Shown one piece after another: positions 12,583 through 26,168 of a stretch of 64,000 nt of DNA (within the stretch, counting starts at the first letter, position 1; the number at the start of each line of letters is the position of its first letter). Below the pieces are notes generated by a model. That model was not told where the DNA came from, did no database searches, and worked only from the letters and a program-made list of their open reading frames with translations. The translations under genes and the position numbers were made by a program. The stretch comes from Moniliella sp. 'wahieum' (Eukaryota), in the NCBI GenBank assembly GCA_003971905.1, contig RSEE01000006.1, positions 744,001 to 808,000 on the forward strand, written 5' to 3'.

Positions 12583-13055
12583 ATGGAGATTGGGCACCAC
12601 TGCGATCTGGTCTCCTGCAAGCAGCTCAGCTTTTTGCCCATCAAATGTCCTTGTGTGGGAACACGTTCTGCGAACGGCATGGCAAGCAGGACGATCATGC
12701 CTGCCCCGCCGGCCGTGCCACCCTTTCTCCAGCGGCGCAGAGGGCGGGGGCAGAGCAAGGACGCAAGCGCTGCGCCAAGGCCGGATGTAAGAACACGTCG
12801 CTCGCCCTTCACACCAACAAACCCACCAATGGATTTACCCATATCGCCCCCCAATGTGCCCAGTGTCACCTCTCTTTCTGTCCTGTCCATGCTCCCCCGA
12901 TCAAACACCAGTGCACAGCCCCCCTCCCCCCCACGTTGGGAGATGCCAAACGCGCCCAGTACGCTGCGGAGGATGCAAAGCGCGATGCTAAGCGGATACA
13001 GGCACGTGAACTTCTCGCCAAGCGGGGTTTCAAGAAGAAGACGAATCCCGCCTAG
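12583..13055 (+). CDS. Double AN1-type zinc finger protein (ZFAND1/Cuz1-like)
   Basis: MEIGHHCDLVSCKQLSFLPIKC..CGNTFCERH....HAC, and a second finger C..GC..CAQCHLSFCPVH....HQC. One frameshift near 12650. Confidence 0.88.
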
Positions 13056-15895
13056 CCTCTCCAACGGTCTCCCACCTCTTCCGCATGTCATCTGCATTGG
13101 GTTTTCGTCGTCGCCCTGGCTGCTTGTACCGCTTTCTTGCATCCTGGTCTCAATACCACTCCTACTGGACCTTAATTCATCGTCGAGCCAGGGCGGGGGC
13201 ACCACCCCCAACGCGCCGCCCTTGTGCCAACTGCTCCCTCGTGTATCATTGGCCATACTTCCGTTACACCCTGCGTGAACTCAGTGTTTTAACCCATGCG
13301 GGATCAGTACGATCAGTAGTTGCTACTAAGACACGGAGCCGGTAGCAGAACTGAGCAGACAATATGCTGAGGAGGTACCACCGAACATCCGCATCGCAGC
13401 GGGGACTGGGAACAAAGTTCTCATCATATGCGCCATGCATCTTTCTTTTCAGACCTCAGGCGAGGTCAATCTTCCATCCTTTGAGCGTCAAGCCTCTGAC
13501 AATTTCAGGTGCCACTGGGCACGGTGCTTTGCGAACGGGCGCATCAAAAAGAAGGAGCGATCTTCATCAGCTTCATCGATCATCATTAATTATTAACCAC
13601 AGCGCACGTTTTAGCTGATGCGCAACTTGATTCTATTCGGGCCGCACCACCCAAGAAAGAGTCCCCCTCTTAGCATCGACAGGCACCAAGTCAATCATAT
13701 GCTGAGATCAAGGCTTCTGTTTGCTGATCAAAGAGACAGCCAACCTGCACCTACTCTCAGCGATCTCAGCAACAATAGTTTCTTACCAAGCTGAGGGGCT
13801 GGGACTGAGAAAAAACCTTAGCGCACTCGCGCTCACTGCTGCTGCACAGAATGATGGCTTGCCGATTATCGCCTTACTGTCTTACCGGTAAGTAAGGGAC
13901 CTTACCAACGTAACTTGCCCTACCACTTGAAGGGAAAAACGCTTTTATACCGCTGGATCAACCCCTGTGCTCTCTCATTTTGTCCAGTGCCGCCTTCGTC
14001 CATCCAGTGCTCAGACCTTTTCTAGTGCTCGCTCTTGATGTCAACCACCCCTAGTGACCGGTACGCGTTTCCCCCTCAACTCATGCACGATTCCCTTGGT
14101 CGTTGAGACTGACGCTTCATGAAGCAGTATGCGCCTGTACCGCAATCAGATCTGCTGGCGCTGCGACAAACCAACCTGCCCAGATCTTTCGGGGACCAAG
14201 TGTGCCGAGTGCGGACATGCTTACGGAGCACGACCTTTCTTCGTTTCGCCTTGACATGTTCAGTAGGTCCGGCATTAGCGGGAATGCAAGGAGAGAACGG
14301 AGGTGCCCTCAAGACCTACTCACCCGAAACAAACACATCGGCCATCGAGGAACCCTTTCACCCCGAACGGACGTTCCACTATGATATCAAGACAGCCGCT
14401 TCGTCCGCCGTCGCTCAAACGGGAACACCCGAGCCAGAAACTGTGTGCAGGTGTGCAACGCGCGCTACAGAAACGATCGGAGCAGAGAGGTTTACACAAT
14501 GGTGCCTCGTTCTGCTCTCCTATCTTGTTCCATATGTTGACACGATCCTCCACTTGATCCTTGCCCGCCCCTGTCCATCTCTAGAGCGAGATGAGTATGT
14601 TTAATAATCCAACACACCGTGTCTGACCGGATCGATCGAGTCCAAACCTAGGCCTCATCCTCCGTCGTCAATCGTCCGGGGCAGATGGCATGCGTTGCTG
14701 GGTGGGCCAAAGCATTTTTTTCACGCTTGCCACAAGCTTGTGAGCTGACGGGGGATGACCGATGGTCGATGGAGACGTTAGTAAGAAAACAGGGGTGAAT
14801 TATAGTGTCCATCTCGTCGATGAACTGGCAGGAGCGAAGATGCCAGCGGGGCGGAGAGCTCTATATATGCACACGATATGTGCTTCGCAGTGGAGATGAA
14901 ATCTCCGTGCCGTGAAAGGACGAAGATCGGGAGCAATCTTCTGGAACTGGGCGGTGGGGGTGGAGCGTAACGTAGAGGAAGATTGGTATACTGGCGCCAA
15001 GTGAAAACATCGTGTGAAACGAGAGGGTTGTTTGGATTGAGGAAAAGACGGAGGGAAGGGGTGGAAAAAGAGCCTCGGGCACGATACTGCAGCCTCTTTA
15101 TTAATTGTGGTTACCCTTGTCGCTGTGTCTAGAGATAGCGGGTACCCCTGAGAGGGTAGGGAGACGTGGAGAGGGTCGCACACACGCCGCAATGGCCCAA
15201 TAACAGTAGTAGTAACTAATAGTAACCAGTATCCGCTCCGGTATACGGACCACGCCGGCAGAGACATATAGAGAGGTATTATACCAGTCAGGGTTCAGGC
15301 TGAGAGAGGGGAGGAGGGGCACCCTCGGGCAGTGCATGCCTCCCGATCGGAGAGAGCATCAGGCCCAGCGGGCAGGCGCTGAGCGCTGAGGCCGCGCTGA
15401 GGGCTGAGGTTGCCGATGCGCTGAGGTCTTCTAACATCTGAGATTCTCAGATCTGAGATCCAAGATTGGACGAATTGGTACCAATCAGAGCGACGTGAAA
15501 AGGTCACGTGATGGGCACGGCGCCAGTGTAACGTGGGGCTGCTAGTGTCCATCATGAGATTAGATAGCGGAAGAAGATCCGAGCAATGCTGGTAGGCCTC
15601 AAGCTTCAAGCCGCCACTATCTCAAGGCAGTCCATGTAACATGCTACCAGTTACTAGGTTTGCGGCCTTAGGCCTTATCGATCATCGACTCAACCAGAAT
15701 TCGTCCCTAATGACGGCAAGTAACCCGCTACCCACACCCTCCTACCATCTTTAGCGCTCCCGTCAGCTTGTGCGTGGACCACCAGCAGCTGAGTGCAGTG
15801 CCTTTGCATATATACCCCCACCTCAGCCCTCGCCTCCAGCTTTCAACCACCACCCACCTCGTCACCGTGTATCCCTTGGGCCAAAACCCACCAAG

Positions 15896-17560
15896 ATGCA
15901 GCCCCGTCGAGCTGGTAATCGCCAGCATCGCCATCAATGCGCTGACGGCGGGCAGTTTGTTTTGCTTCCCACTCATTGGCCCTTCGCTCATGGCGGATTT
16001 TGCCCTGGATCTCAAGCAAACCAACATCCTATGGTCTGTCACCGTGCTGGGCGAATACCTTACGGCAGCAGGTTGGGGCTCTCTCGCAGACCGTTTTGGC
16101 CCAGCCCCTTTAAGCGTTGGTGCGAGTGTGCTCTTTGGTCTGGGGTACAGTCTTATGGCGCAGCGTGCGCCGGCTGAGGACGATGGTCTTGGCGCGTCAG
16201 TGGTTCTGGCTCCACTGGGGCTGGGATCCACTATCTACCTCGGCATGTGCTTCGTCATTGTCGGAGCCGGTGTAGGAGCGGCCTACTTTGGCTCCATGAC
16301 GGCGGCTACCAGGGTATGGCCCCAAACCGGGCTTGCCATCGCCCTGCCTCTTACGCTCTTCAGCTTGAGTTCCATGTTCCTCACTGCTGTGGGGGAGCGG
16401 TTCTTTGTGGACCCCAGTACTGGTGATCTGGACACTGCCCGCTTCCTCACCTTTCTTGCTGTTCTCTTGGGTGGAACCAACGTATTTGCTGCCTGGGGAA
16501 TGCTCTCCGCTCCCAAGGTCGACGAAAAGAGGACGAAGCAAGCACACGGACAAGGCGTGCGACATGAGCAGTATCAAGCGCGCGCCCGTGCAGCCGCTAA
16601 GCAAGCTCGGATTACTGCTCAAGCTGACGAGGCAGATGAACGGACGCCTCTCGTTTCTCCTTCCCTTGACCAAAACATTGGGTTTCCTTCCGACCCCGAA
16701 AGTTCCATGTGCGATCCAGGGGGCGAGTGGCTGGAGTGTGCGGTCCAGCACGTCGATGCTCACGCCTCGTTCCGAGACTTTGCGCGACTTTATCACTTCT
16801 CCCTCGGTCTGGATTTTGGCCCTCATCCTCGTCACCGCTGTGGGGGCCGGAGAGATGGTGATGTCGAATGTGGGATCCATGGTCGCTGCACTTTACCCAC
16901 ACGAGAGCAACATTGGCGATCTGGCGGACGTTCCCGGAGTGGCACGAGACGAACTGCGCTGGCGCTCTCGCGTCATCTCTCTTCTCGCCATAACCAATAC
17001 GATCTCCCGTCTGCTTGCCGGCGTGGTCGCCGATGCCGTAAGTCCTGCGCGGGCAGTTGAGGAGCGGGCCGTGCCCGAGGGAACACTGGCTCGGATCAAG
17101 TACACACTCTCCCGGGTGCGGATATCGCGTGTGACACTCCTCATGGCCGCCACTGGTTCCCTTACGCTCATATTTACATTTGCCGCTGTCGGACTTGGCA
17201 CGCTTCGCGGGCTGCTCTTCTCGCGGCCGCAGTCGGGTTCTTGTACGGATCGACGTTCACTCTGGTGCCTTCCATTGTAGCTTCCGCCTTTGGCCTGTCT
17301 ACCTTTGGTCGATCCTGGGGGCTGCTTTCATACGCCAGTGCGCTCGGATCGTTTGGCTTTCCCATGTTGTACGCGACGGTTTCCGATGCCGTGGCCAAGC
17401 GCCCTCTGCCCCATGGCCTGGTTGTTTTGGATGAAAGCCCACAGCCCGCCATTTGCCATGCCGGTCGCGCTTGCTCTCTCTCTTCTCTGTGGCCTCCATC
17501 AGTACCTTGATTGCCACCTTACTCCTTCTTGTTCTTCGCTCCCGCTGGCACAAGTACCTT
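15896..17560 (+). CDS. MFS transporter, Mch1/nodulin-like; frameshifted
   Basis: Multiple TM helices, AGSLFCFPLIGPSL, GWGSLADRFGP, GAGEMVMSNVGSM, RLLAGVVAD, FGLSTFGRSWG. Start and end are approximate. Confidence 0.85.
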
Positions 17561-17748
17561 TAATTTGTCATCTCTGTGTCCCTCTCTGTCTCTGTCTCTG
17601 TCTCCCCGTCTCCCCTACCTTCACCGTTGAGGCCCTGCTTGGCCATTGCTCTGCTCAACGTTTCGCTATTGTGTGCCCTACTACTAGTATGCTTACCCGC
17701 TTGGGCTTGTATGGACATGAAACAAGCATGAAATCAATTTGGTACGGG

Positions 17749-18712
17749 TTCAACCTATTCAACGTTGAACGTTCGTTCAACGTTCTATGTTGACGCGTCA
17801 CGTCCAAGAACCCACTCCCAACTGAGGTGTATATATCCTCCTTTTGCAGCTCTTCCTAGTTACTATTAGTGACTAGTGACAGTTACTAGTCTCGGTCGAC
17901 TCCGAAAGGTCTACACTTGCACTGGTGTCGAAGAGCAGGGTGGTGGTTATGGTGGGCGATGGTAGCCATGGCGCATGGACATGCGTGGGAACTGAAAACG
18001 CGACCAGCTGGGTACAGGCTGCTGGTACAGATGAAATGCATCAGGCAACTTGCAATCATAATGGAGGCTGCATAGAGTGAGCTAGTGCCTGCGCTTCGTG
18101 CGCAGCGTGGCTGATGATCGGGGCCAGAGAGAGTAGGGGTGCACGGATGCGGCAGCAGCAGCACACAGCAAGCAGGCTCAGAATGTGGGGTGGCCAATTG
18201 CTGTTGCCTGAGAGGGCAAAAGGCGCAGCTACAACAGCGCTAATACGCGCATACGCGCTAAATCGGGCCAACATGCCGCACCGGCTGCACGACGCCGGCA
18301 CATACGTGGCGGGTGACATGCGTGACATGCTCCCCCGTGCCGGAGAGGTGGCACCGGCCCGCACACCGTTCCTGTGCCGACATGCGGCAGCGCGGAGGCA
18401 CAGGCACCCAGCCATGCCGACGATCACCTCGATCACCATCGATCAACGATCACCGATCACCGGACGATCATCGCTGGTCGCGAGTCGCGTGGCGCCAGTC
18501 ACCCGTCGCTAGTCTTGGGGGGGCGTGCGGATTGGACCAGTGTTAGGTGTAAGACCTTAGACTTCGGTAAAGAGCCCAGGCCGACCCTTAGGCCTTAGGC
18601 CTTATTAGACTTTACCCGCTCCTTGGGCCTTACCCGCTCCCTGGGCCTTAGAGCTTGGGCTCTACCTGGCCTTGGCCTTACCGCGAGAGCTACGCGTGAC
18701 GTCACGCGTCAC
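17749..18712. repeat. Intergenic clusters of TNA+palindrome heptamers
   Basis: TCAACGTTGAACGTT and TGACGCGTCA (17759-17800), TAGTGACTAGTGAC (about 17867-17880), a degenerate TCATCGA/TCAACGA/TCACCGA run (18420-18473), CCTTAGGCCTTAGGCCTTA (about 18586-18604), ACGCGTGACGTCACGCGTCA (about 18692-18711). Confidence 0.85.
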
Positions 18713-19102
18713 TTGCGAGATTTGCTATAGGGTTTGACGTTTGCCGCGAAATACTGGTCACTAGATCACCCACACCACGGCCGCTCCACACCACTGTCCT
18801 GGCCCAGCTGGTCGCTACGCGTTGACATGCCAGAGCTGGAATGTAATCACCGACAAGGTCAAGGACTGCTGACAGTGCCACTACAACACCATATCCCTTA
18901 CAGTCTCCCATGATGCACTAGCAGTACAGCAGGACCATTTGGGTGTGGGAGGCCAGGACGCCCTACCACCAGCAGATCCATCTTTCTCCTCCTCTTTCTC
19001 TCCATCTCCGTCTTCCTCCTCCTGCTATTCCTCCTACTCCCCCTCCCCCACTCTCTTTTGACGCCCCCACGGGCACCTCGACTCCCATCCCCCCCTCGGA
19101 AA

Positions 19103-22100
19103 ATGCGCTTCCGTCGGCGCACCGTTCAGGCTGCCACAGCCGCCGCGGCAGCAGTCGCCACCACGCTCCTTACCGCCCATGCCCAGACCCAGGTCTCCCT
19201 CACGCCGGCCGCCAGCATTGCCGGTATGGGCAACGGCGTGTCGCCCTTGCTCGATGGAACCTACATGGGTGTCGGTATTGCCCAGCAACCTCCTTTCTTT
19301 TACCGGCATTGACACGCCCAATCGTCTCTCCAACCAGCTCCTGACCAACATTGCCAAATACATGGCGCGTACCGCCGCACATCCGTGTCGGGGGTAATTC
19401 AGGCGACAATATGCTTTACGACGGCAGCAACACATCACTTGGCATCGTTCCCAACCCCGGTGCCAAGGGTCAGGGCAACCCAGGGAGTCAGACTGACAGC
19501 TGGACCTATGGTCCTGGTTACTATGCTGCTCTAGACAACTTTCCCAAGAACACGCCCATCACTTTTGGCCTCAACCTGGCTTACAATAACGCTGATGCCC
19601 TGACCCGCATTGTTGCCCAAGCACAGTCTCTCTTGGATTCGATTAAGAACGTTCAGATTAGTTCCCTCGAGGTGGGCAACGAGCCGGATCTGTTCCTGGT
19701 CAACAAGTATCGTGATAGCACCTGGACTGCAACGGACTACGGCAACGAGTGGTTTGCCCGTGCCGATGCGGTCTACAAGCAGGTTCTAAAGCCCAAGGGG
19801 ATGCAGACCGACATGTTTGAGGCAGCGAGCACAGCCACCACAGCAACCAAAACCGGACACGCCTACCGTATCGCTAAGTTGATGCAGACGGGTGTCGCGT
19901 CCAACAACGGACAGTATCTCAAGGGCTGGTCCCAGCATGACTATTTTTGTGCGTGTCACCCCCTCTGTCGACCGCTCTGAAGAAACTGACACGCCTTCTT
20001 CGCTATTGTGCAAGATTATGTGGGCGTCTCCAATTGGAACTTGACCATCGACCGGCTGCTGAGCGTGCCAGCCATGACTCAGCAGTACACCGAATGGACC
20101 AATCAAGCCAAACAAGCCAACGCAAGCGGGAAGCCTTACTTTGTGCGCGAGATGGGGTCGGTGGGCCCAACAGGCATTCGGGGCATTAGCGATACCTTCG
20201 GTTCGTCGACCTTCCTGAACGTATTCATCAGTGGCACAACCACAAAGTACTGACATTTTGTCGTCCTGCAGCCAACACGCTGTGGACACTAAATTACTTC
20301 CTCTTTGCCTCCACGGTCGGCGTGGCAAGTACACAGATCCATATGACCGACAACTCATACGGCTCTCCTTGGCAGCCCAACCTACAGAATGGGGAAGGCC
20401 CCCATGTACGTTCATCCTACTATGCGTTTGCCGCGCTGGCCCAGCTGCTTGGAACAGGTTGCAACACCAACTTTGCCGCCATCGCCCTCAATGGAGTGCC
20501 GGCTGCGTACAGCACACGTCTAGCCGCGTACGGCGTCTATCGACACAACACATTGCAAGCCGTTGTACTTTTGAACACCAACCCTTACGGTCCCAACACG
20601 ACCTATGCCCCGCCCCAGCGCCGGTCGCGTCTCCACTCGCAACACCATGACTCGTACCGTCGTCAAGGCGCGCCCACGGTCACATTTTCTTTGTCCTTAC
20701 CCAACCACAGTGGCAAAACTTTCTTCCTCTCATCCTTGACTGCTCAATACGCTGCCAGCACCACCAACACTACCTGGAACGGAATGGAGTACGAATCGAG
20801 TGGCGATGGGAGCCCCACCTTGGTCAACGCCACTAGCTCTGCTGCCAAGCAGCGGTCTGTTCAGGTCGGGACAGATGGTACCCTCTCGGTTACGGTGCCT
20901 GACTCCTCCGTCGTTGTGGCGAACCTGAATGTGGTACTAGGTGCTGATGATCATCATCCCTCGCTCTGCTCCCGCGCATCAGGGAGTTCAAGTAAAAGTC
21001 CCTCAGGGGCAGGTTTCAGCGGCTCTGTCAAAAGTGATTCCTCCCCGCTCAGCACGACGGCCATCATCGCTATCGCTGCCGGTGGGGGCGGCGGCCTCGC
21101 CCTCCTTGCCCTCATTGCCGGCATCGTGGCCTTTTGTTGCGTGCGCAAGAAGCGTCGCAATGCCCAAGTCAAACAAGCCATTGCGGATACGGTGTCATCC
21201 AGGCGCGACTCGATGGCAGCCAAGGCTGGTGGATATGCGTCGGGTCTGTTGGGTGCCGGGCTCGGTATGGGAGGATACCAAGGCAACATGACATCCAGTC
21301 GAGAGGGATTGCTGACTTCTTCATTCTCCTCGAATGGTGATGAATATGCCCTTACCGATCGTACGGGGGCTCGGTTCGCTCCGAACCATCCTATGGGCTC
21401 TTCCACCACGTTGGTCCCTTACTCCAATGTGCAAGGTGCATCAAAGACATTGGATGCGAGCAATGGATACGGGTATGAGCACGGGTACGAGCATGGGTAC
21501 GATGCTGATCCACACTCATTTACCACCAACAGTGCCCCTAAACGTTCCTCCACCTCCAGTGCAACCACTAAGGATCACATGAGTGAGGGGCACGATAAGT
21601 ACGATGCGCTTCTTTCAGAGATGACGCCCCAATTGGCGTACGGGGCTGGCCCCAAGTTCGATTCCCCCCAGCCATACCAGCGAGACTTTGACGATTACGG
21701 TGCGTCGCCCGTTGCATTGCACGCGGCCCCACGGGCGCCGATAGGTCTGGATACAAACGGGTATGACGCCGTACCCACCTCTTCTCCCTTGCTGTCGAGC
21801 CCCTTGGCGCCACCGCTGCCACCCGCAGGCACCTCTGTCTACCCTCACTCCTCTTCGCCTTCGGCATATCGAGCACCAACAGCGGATCGGTCCCAATATG
21901 AATACTACCAGGGCCTGGGTCTATCGGAAATTGGCTCGGAGGAGCCACAGGCGAGCCACCATCCGGCTTCCTCCTCCATCAGCCCTGCCTACCGATTCAA
22001 GCAGCAGGCGGCGGGGGCAGCGAACCCGCCTTCCTACCACATGGAAACATCCGTGCCTGGTTCGGGGGGAGGCTGACACGGGAGACCAACCCTTATGCAG

Positions 22101-23089
22101 TTTCACCTGTTAGCCACCCCGGACCGGAGGAACGGTTTGGGACCTCAGATACCTACCAGGGAATGAGGGGGTACAATGTCCGCAACGATCCCGCCTACGT
22201 TCAATATGCCCGTGCCACAGCACCTTCTCCCTCGCCCACACAGCAGCCAACGCGCCAGTCGCGCATGCTCGTCAGTGCTGGGGAGACACCTGGGCGCCTC
22301 GCCAACACGCATCCCGTCCGTCCTCTTTCGCCACCCCCAGCCGACCTGGCGAGGGAGAGGGGGAGTTGGGGAGCGAACGCTCCACGTCCAGTCAGAGGTG
22401 GCAGAGCACGTGAACTTGACCCATCCGACGAGCTGCAAGGGGGGTATGTCGCTCCAGTTACGCATGTGACCGAGGCGTCCCAACACTCTACTCGCCCCCT
22501 TTCGCAGACACGAAATGCGCAGTTGGGCACCACGGCGCATGGTGGAGAGGCCCAACGTCGCTCATTGGCCAGGAGGGGCTCCCGGCCAGGCTCGCTTTCC
22601 CAGCCTACAACTACAAGTGAAGGGGATGGCGAGGCCTTGGGTAGAGGTAATAGCAACCTCGACTCAGACTGGCAGGGAGATTCCGGTTCGTCTGCGCGGC
22701 GGCGCACACGGTCCGTCAGTCGCCCCATCTCTACAGGCAGAGGTACTGGAGAAACGGCCGCTCCCTCGGGTGGCACACGTCAAGACTATGCGGCATGGTA
22801 CGAGGACACGTATGGCGTCCCTACGTCAAGCATGCCCTGGGCCCCCGCGACAGCGGACAGGCTAGCAGCGACCTACCCTAGCCAGGAGGCTTACAATGCC
22901 GCGTACCATGACTACTACGCCCGATACTACCAAGCCCAAGCCCGTGCGGCCGCCGAGGCAAGCCTGTCGACTACAGAAAGAGACGGTGCGCAGACGAGGT
23001 CGCCCGGATCAGTAAACCCTTCTGTCCACCAAGCCAGAAACCCTCGGGAGGCAGTACGGCAAGCGAGGGAGGCGAACCGAAGGTCGTAA
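19103..23089 (+). CDS. Glycoside hydrolase family 79-like protein with signal peptide, C-terminal TM helix and long low-complexity cytoplasmic tail
   Basis: Signal MRFRRRTVQAATAAAAAVATTLLTAHA; IRVGGNSGD, FGLNL, LEVGNEPD (acid/base), YFVREMGS (nucleophile); TM IIAIAAGGGGGLALLALIAGIVAFCCVRKKRR. The ORF stops at 22076, and extension through 22163..23089 is inferred via an indel. Confidence 0.8.
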
Positions 23090-23898
23090 ATTCTGAATCA
23101 GTTCGGTCCCCCTCAGTCCATATCATATACCTCTCCCCCCCTTCCTTTTTATCTTCGGTTCCTCCGATGCTCTTTTGTCTCTTTTAATATCTGTGTTGTG
23201 CCTACGCCGGGCGAAGGCAGAGCCGTTCCCCGGTTGGATTGAATCGTCTGTATTACCATCATAACTGGCCTTCGTCACATTCGTAACTGGTCGCGCAGAA
23301 AACAAACCTCTCTATACTCTAGTACAAAATCCCTGAACCCTCTCTAATGATGTGTTTTTTTGCTACGTGTTTTTGGCAGCGAATGACAAAACACTTCCAG
23401 AGCTGCGAGAAGCTGGACTGGGAATGGAGACGGTGTAGCTGGAAGGGAACCCACACCGCGGGACTGGACTTGGCTTCGATGTAGCATGAGGAGGGCACAC
23501 GCGACTCGATTGGACGAGAAGTTGAGAGCGAGATATGGGAGCTGGAGGACGAGGCCGAGGAGCAGGGAGAGCAGTTAAGAACTTAGGGAAGAAACGCTGC
23601 CTGTACTGGGTCGAACAATTGGCCAGAGGACAAGAGGGGAAGACGCCATTGGACCGTGGGGGAAAACCACGAACCATTGCTTACAGACTGTCTCCACCAC
23701 TGTTTCCTCTCCCTTCATCACTTCACATCCGTCATTGGACATCTGTGTAACACAGTCTCAATAAGGCCTCGAGCATTTAATGCTTTACTAGCCATCTTCA
23801 CAACTTGGAGCTGAGAGGAGTCCTACGGGTGACACAAAAAGGAATTGGTATGAGTGCAATGCCAGAGAGACGAGATTTGGATCGGCAGCATGATGGGC

Positions 23899-25136
23899 TT
23901 ACTTGTGCATCGTCACGACACAGCGGATCGACTCTCCGCCGGTCATGATCTTGAATGAGTCATTGATGTTGTCGATGTCCGTCGAGTCGGTGATGTACTC
24001 GTCCAATTTGAACGTGCCGTTTAGGTACTTATCGACCATGCCCGGCAACTCGGTGCGGCCTTTGACGCCTCCAAAGGCACTGCCTTGCCACTTACGACCC
24101 GTGACCAGCTGGAAAGGGCGCGTGCTGATCTCTTGCCCGGCAGCAGCAACACCAATAACAGTGCTGACGCCCCAGCCCTTGTGACACGCCTCTAGAGCAG
24201 CTCGCATCACATTGACGTTGCCCGTGCAGTCAAACGTGTAGTCCAGCCCGCCGTCAGTGAGCTCGACCAAGTAGTCGGTGATCGACTTGCCTTTAGGCAA
24301 GGCGGCCGAATTGACAAAGTCAGTCGCACCAAATTTCTTGGCCCAAGCCTCCTTTCCAGGATTAATATCCACTGCAATGATCCGCCCAGCCTTCTGGTGC
24401 ACGGATCCATCAATCACGCCCAGACCAACACATCCGATACCAAAAACGGCTACCGTGCTCCCTTGCTCCACCTTGGCCGTCTTGACTGCCGCGCCCCAGC
24501 CGGTCGTGACACCACACCCAAGAAGACAGATCTTGTCCATGGGAGCCTTGGGATCGACAGCCACGAGCGAGTACTTGCTCACGACTGTGTATTGGCTAAA
24601 AGCACTGCATCCCATAAAGTGGAAAATGTCCTTGCCTGAACGAAAATGGTGACGAGATGAGTCAGAAGTTAAGGGACACGAGAAGAGGGAGCAGAAAGGA
24701 AGAATGTGTAAAGGGAGTAAGTCAACTTACCCTGTGCATGGAAACGGACTGTGCGGTCGGGCATCAGACCCTGACCTTGCGTCGCACGCACCGCCTGGCA
24801 CAGGTTGGTCTTGCCCGACAGGCAGAACTTGCACTTGCGGCACTCGGCAGTGTAGAGGAGAATCACATGGTCGCCCACTTTTACATTGTCCACGTGTTCT
24901 CCCACCGACTCGACGATTCCGGCGCCTTCGTGGCCGAGAACAACAGGGAAGACACCCTCAGGGTCCTTCCCTGAGCCACCAAATCGGTCGGTTTCGCAGA
25001 CGCCAGTGTATTCGACCTTGACTCGGACCTCATCAGCTTTGGGCGGGTCGACCGTGATTTGCTCAATCTTGGCGTCCTCGCCAGGGCCCCACGTAACGGC
25101 TGCGGTGCATTGGATGGCCTTGCCAGCTGTGGACAT
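23899..25136 (-). CDS. SFA1: S-(hydroxymethyl)glutathione dehydrogenase (class III ADH, GSH-dependent formaldehyde dehydrogenase)
   Basis: [85 protein letters not shown]. One GTAAGT..CAG intron at about 24636-24730. Confidence 0.96.
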
Positions 25137-25540
25137 GACGGGGGGGTGCGTAGAAAAGGGGGAGTGGGAGGGGAGACGACCAAATCTGGTGGTGGTGGGA
25201 ATTTAAGATGATGGAGCCACGCCACAGTTGGTGCTGGAGGCGGGGGCGGGTGGGAAGAACAATTGACCTGCTTTAGCTGAAGCAGTCAATTGGTCCACGG
25301 CATCTTCCTAAATCTACAGGTGACGTTAACGAAATGGACATAATGTTGACAACCGGTCGAAGCCTGAAGCAGCAGTGGCACGGCCTTGGGCCTCCCGGCC
25401 CACGCAGCTCTCCAGATACTCTGCACAGGACCCGTGTCACCGCGCTTACTTGGCTCGCTATTTAATCTCTTGATCTAAGCGCGATGTCTGGCCCAGCGTC
25501 AGTGTCGTGCTGGGTATTTTTGGTTTGCGAGGCGATTGAA

Positions 25541-25640
25541 CGGTGACCCGTCCGGTGACGTGACGGTGACCAGAGTTACCAGTGACTAGTGACTAGAGTG
25601 ACTAGTGACTAAGATATTATGTGTGATGATTAATGACTAC
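25541..25640. repeat. TGAC-/TGACTAG heptamer cluster in the FDH / amine oxidase bidirectional promoter
   Basis: AGTGACTAGTGACTAGAGTGACTAGTGACTA at 25581-25611 and TGATTAATGA near 25627. Confidence 0.85.
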
Positions 25641-26168
25641 TGTCGTAGTGGCTGGTGGCTTAGCTAGTGGTCGCAGTGATCAATGATATTGATAAGCGAT
25701 GGTGCGGGGCGCTTCTCTGCTGTAGCAAGGCTACAAGCCAGACATCTGCTTCTTCGGACACTGTCATCAAGCTTCATACGCCGTATCTGCACCTGTCCGC
25801 TCTTTTTGACACAACAGTCTCTCCGCATTTTTTCTTTCGGTGGCTATCAACTATCAGCCCTCGAGCATCGGTCACTCAGCCTGATGCATGGTGAAGCCGG
25901 TGAAGCGAAGTGCGGCACACTTGCGCCTGTCCGTCCGCACGGCTCAGTGTCGAGTATCCCCCCTCTTCAGTGTCTCAACCGAGGACCTGGTCCGTGTTGG
26001 ATTTGTGGACAGGAAACTGCCGAAGCAAGGGAGGCCGCGGTCCCACTCCTCGCCTCTCTGCGTGCGCCACCTATTTAACTGTCCTGCAGTGTCTCCTTGC
26101 TTCTTTCCTACAGTTCTCCCATCGTCCATTCACTGACCCCAATCCACTCGACTTCCAGACTACGCCCC

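Noticed and set aside
14119..14604. 161-aa ORF (MKQYAPVPQ...) and neighbouring short ORFs at 13300-15600
   Set aside because: No recognisable domain or supporting gene structure, so it cannot be supported as a CDS from sequence alone.
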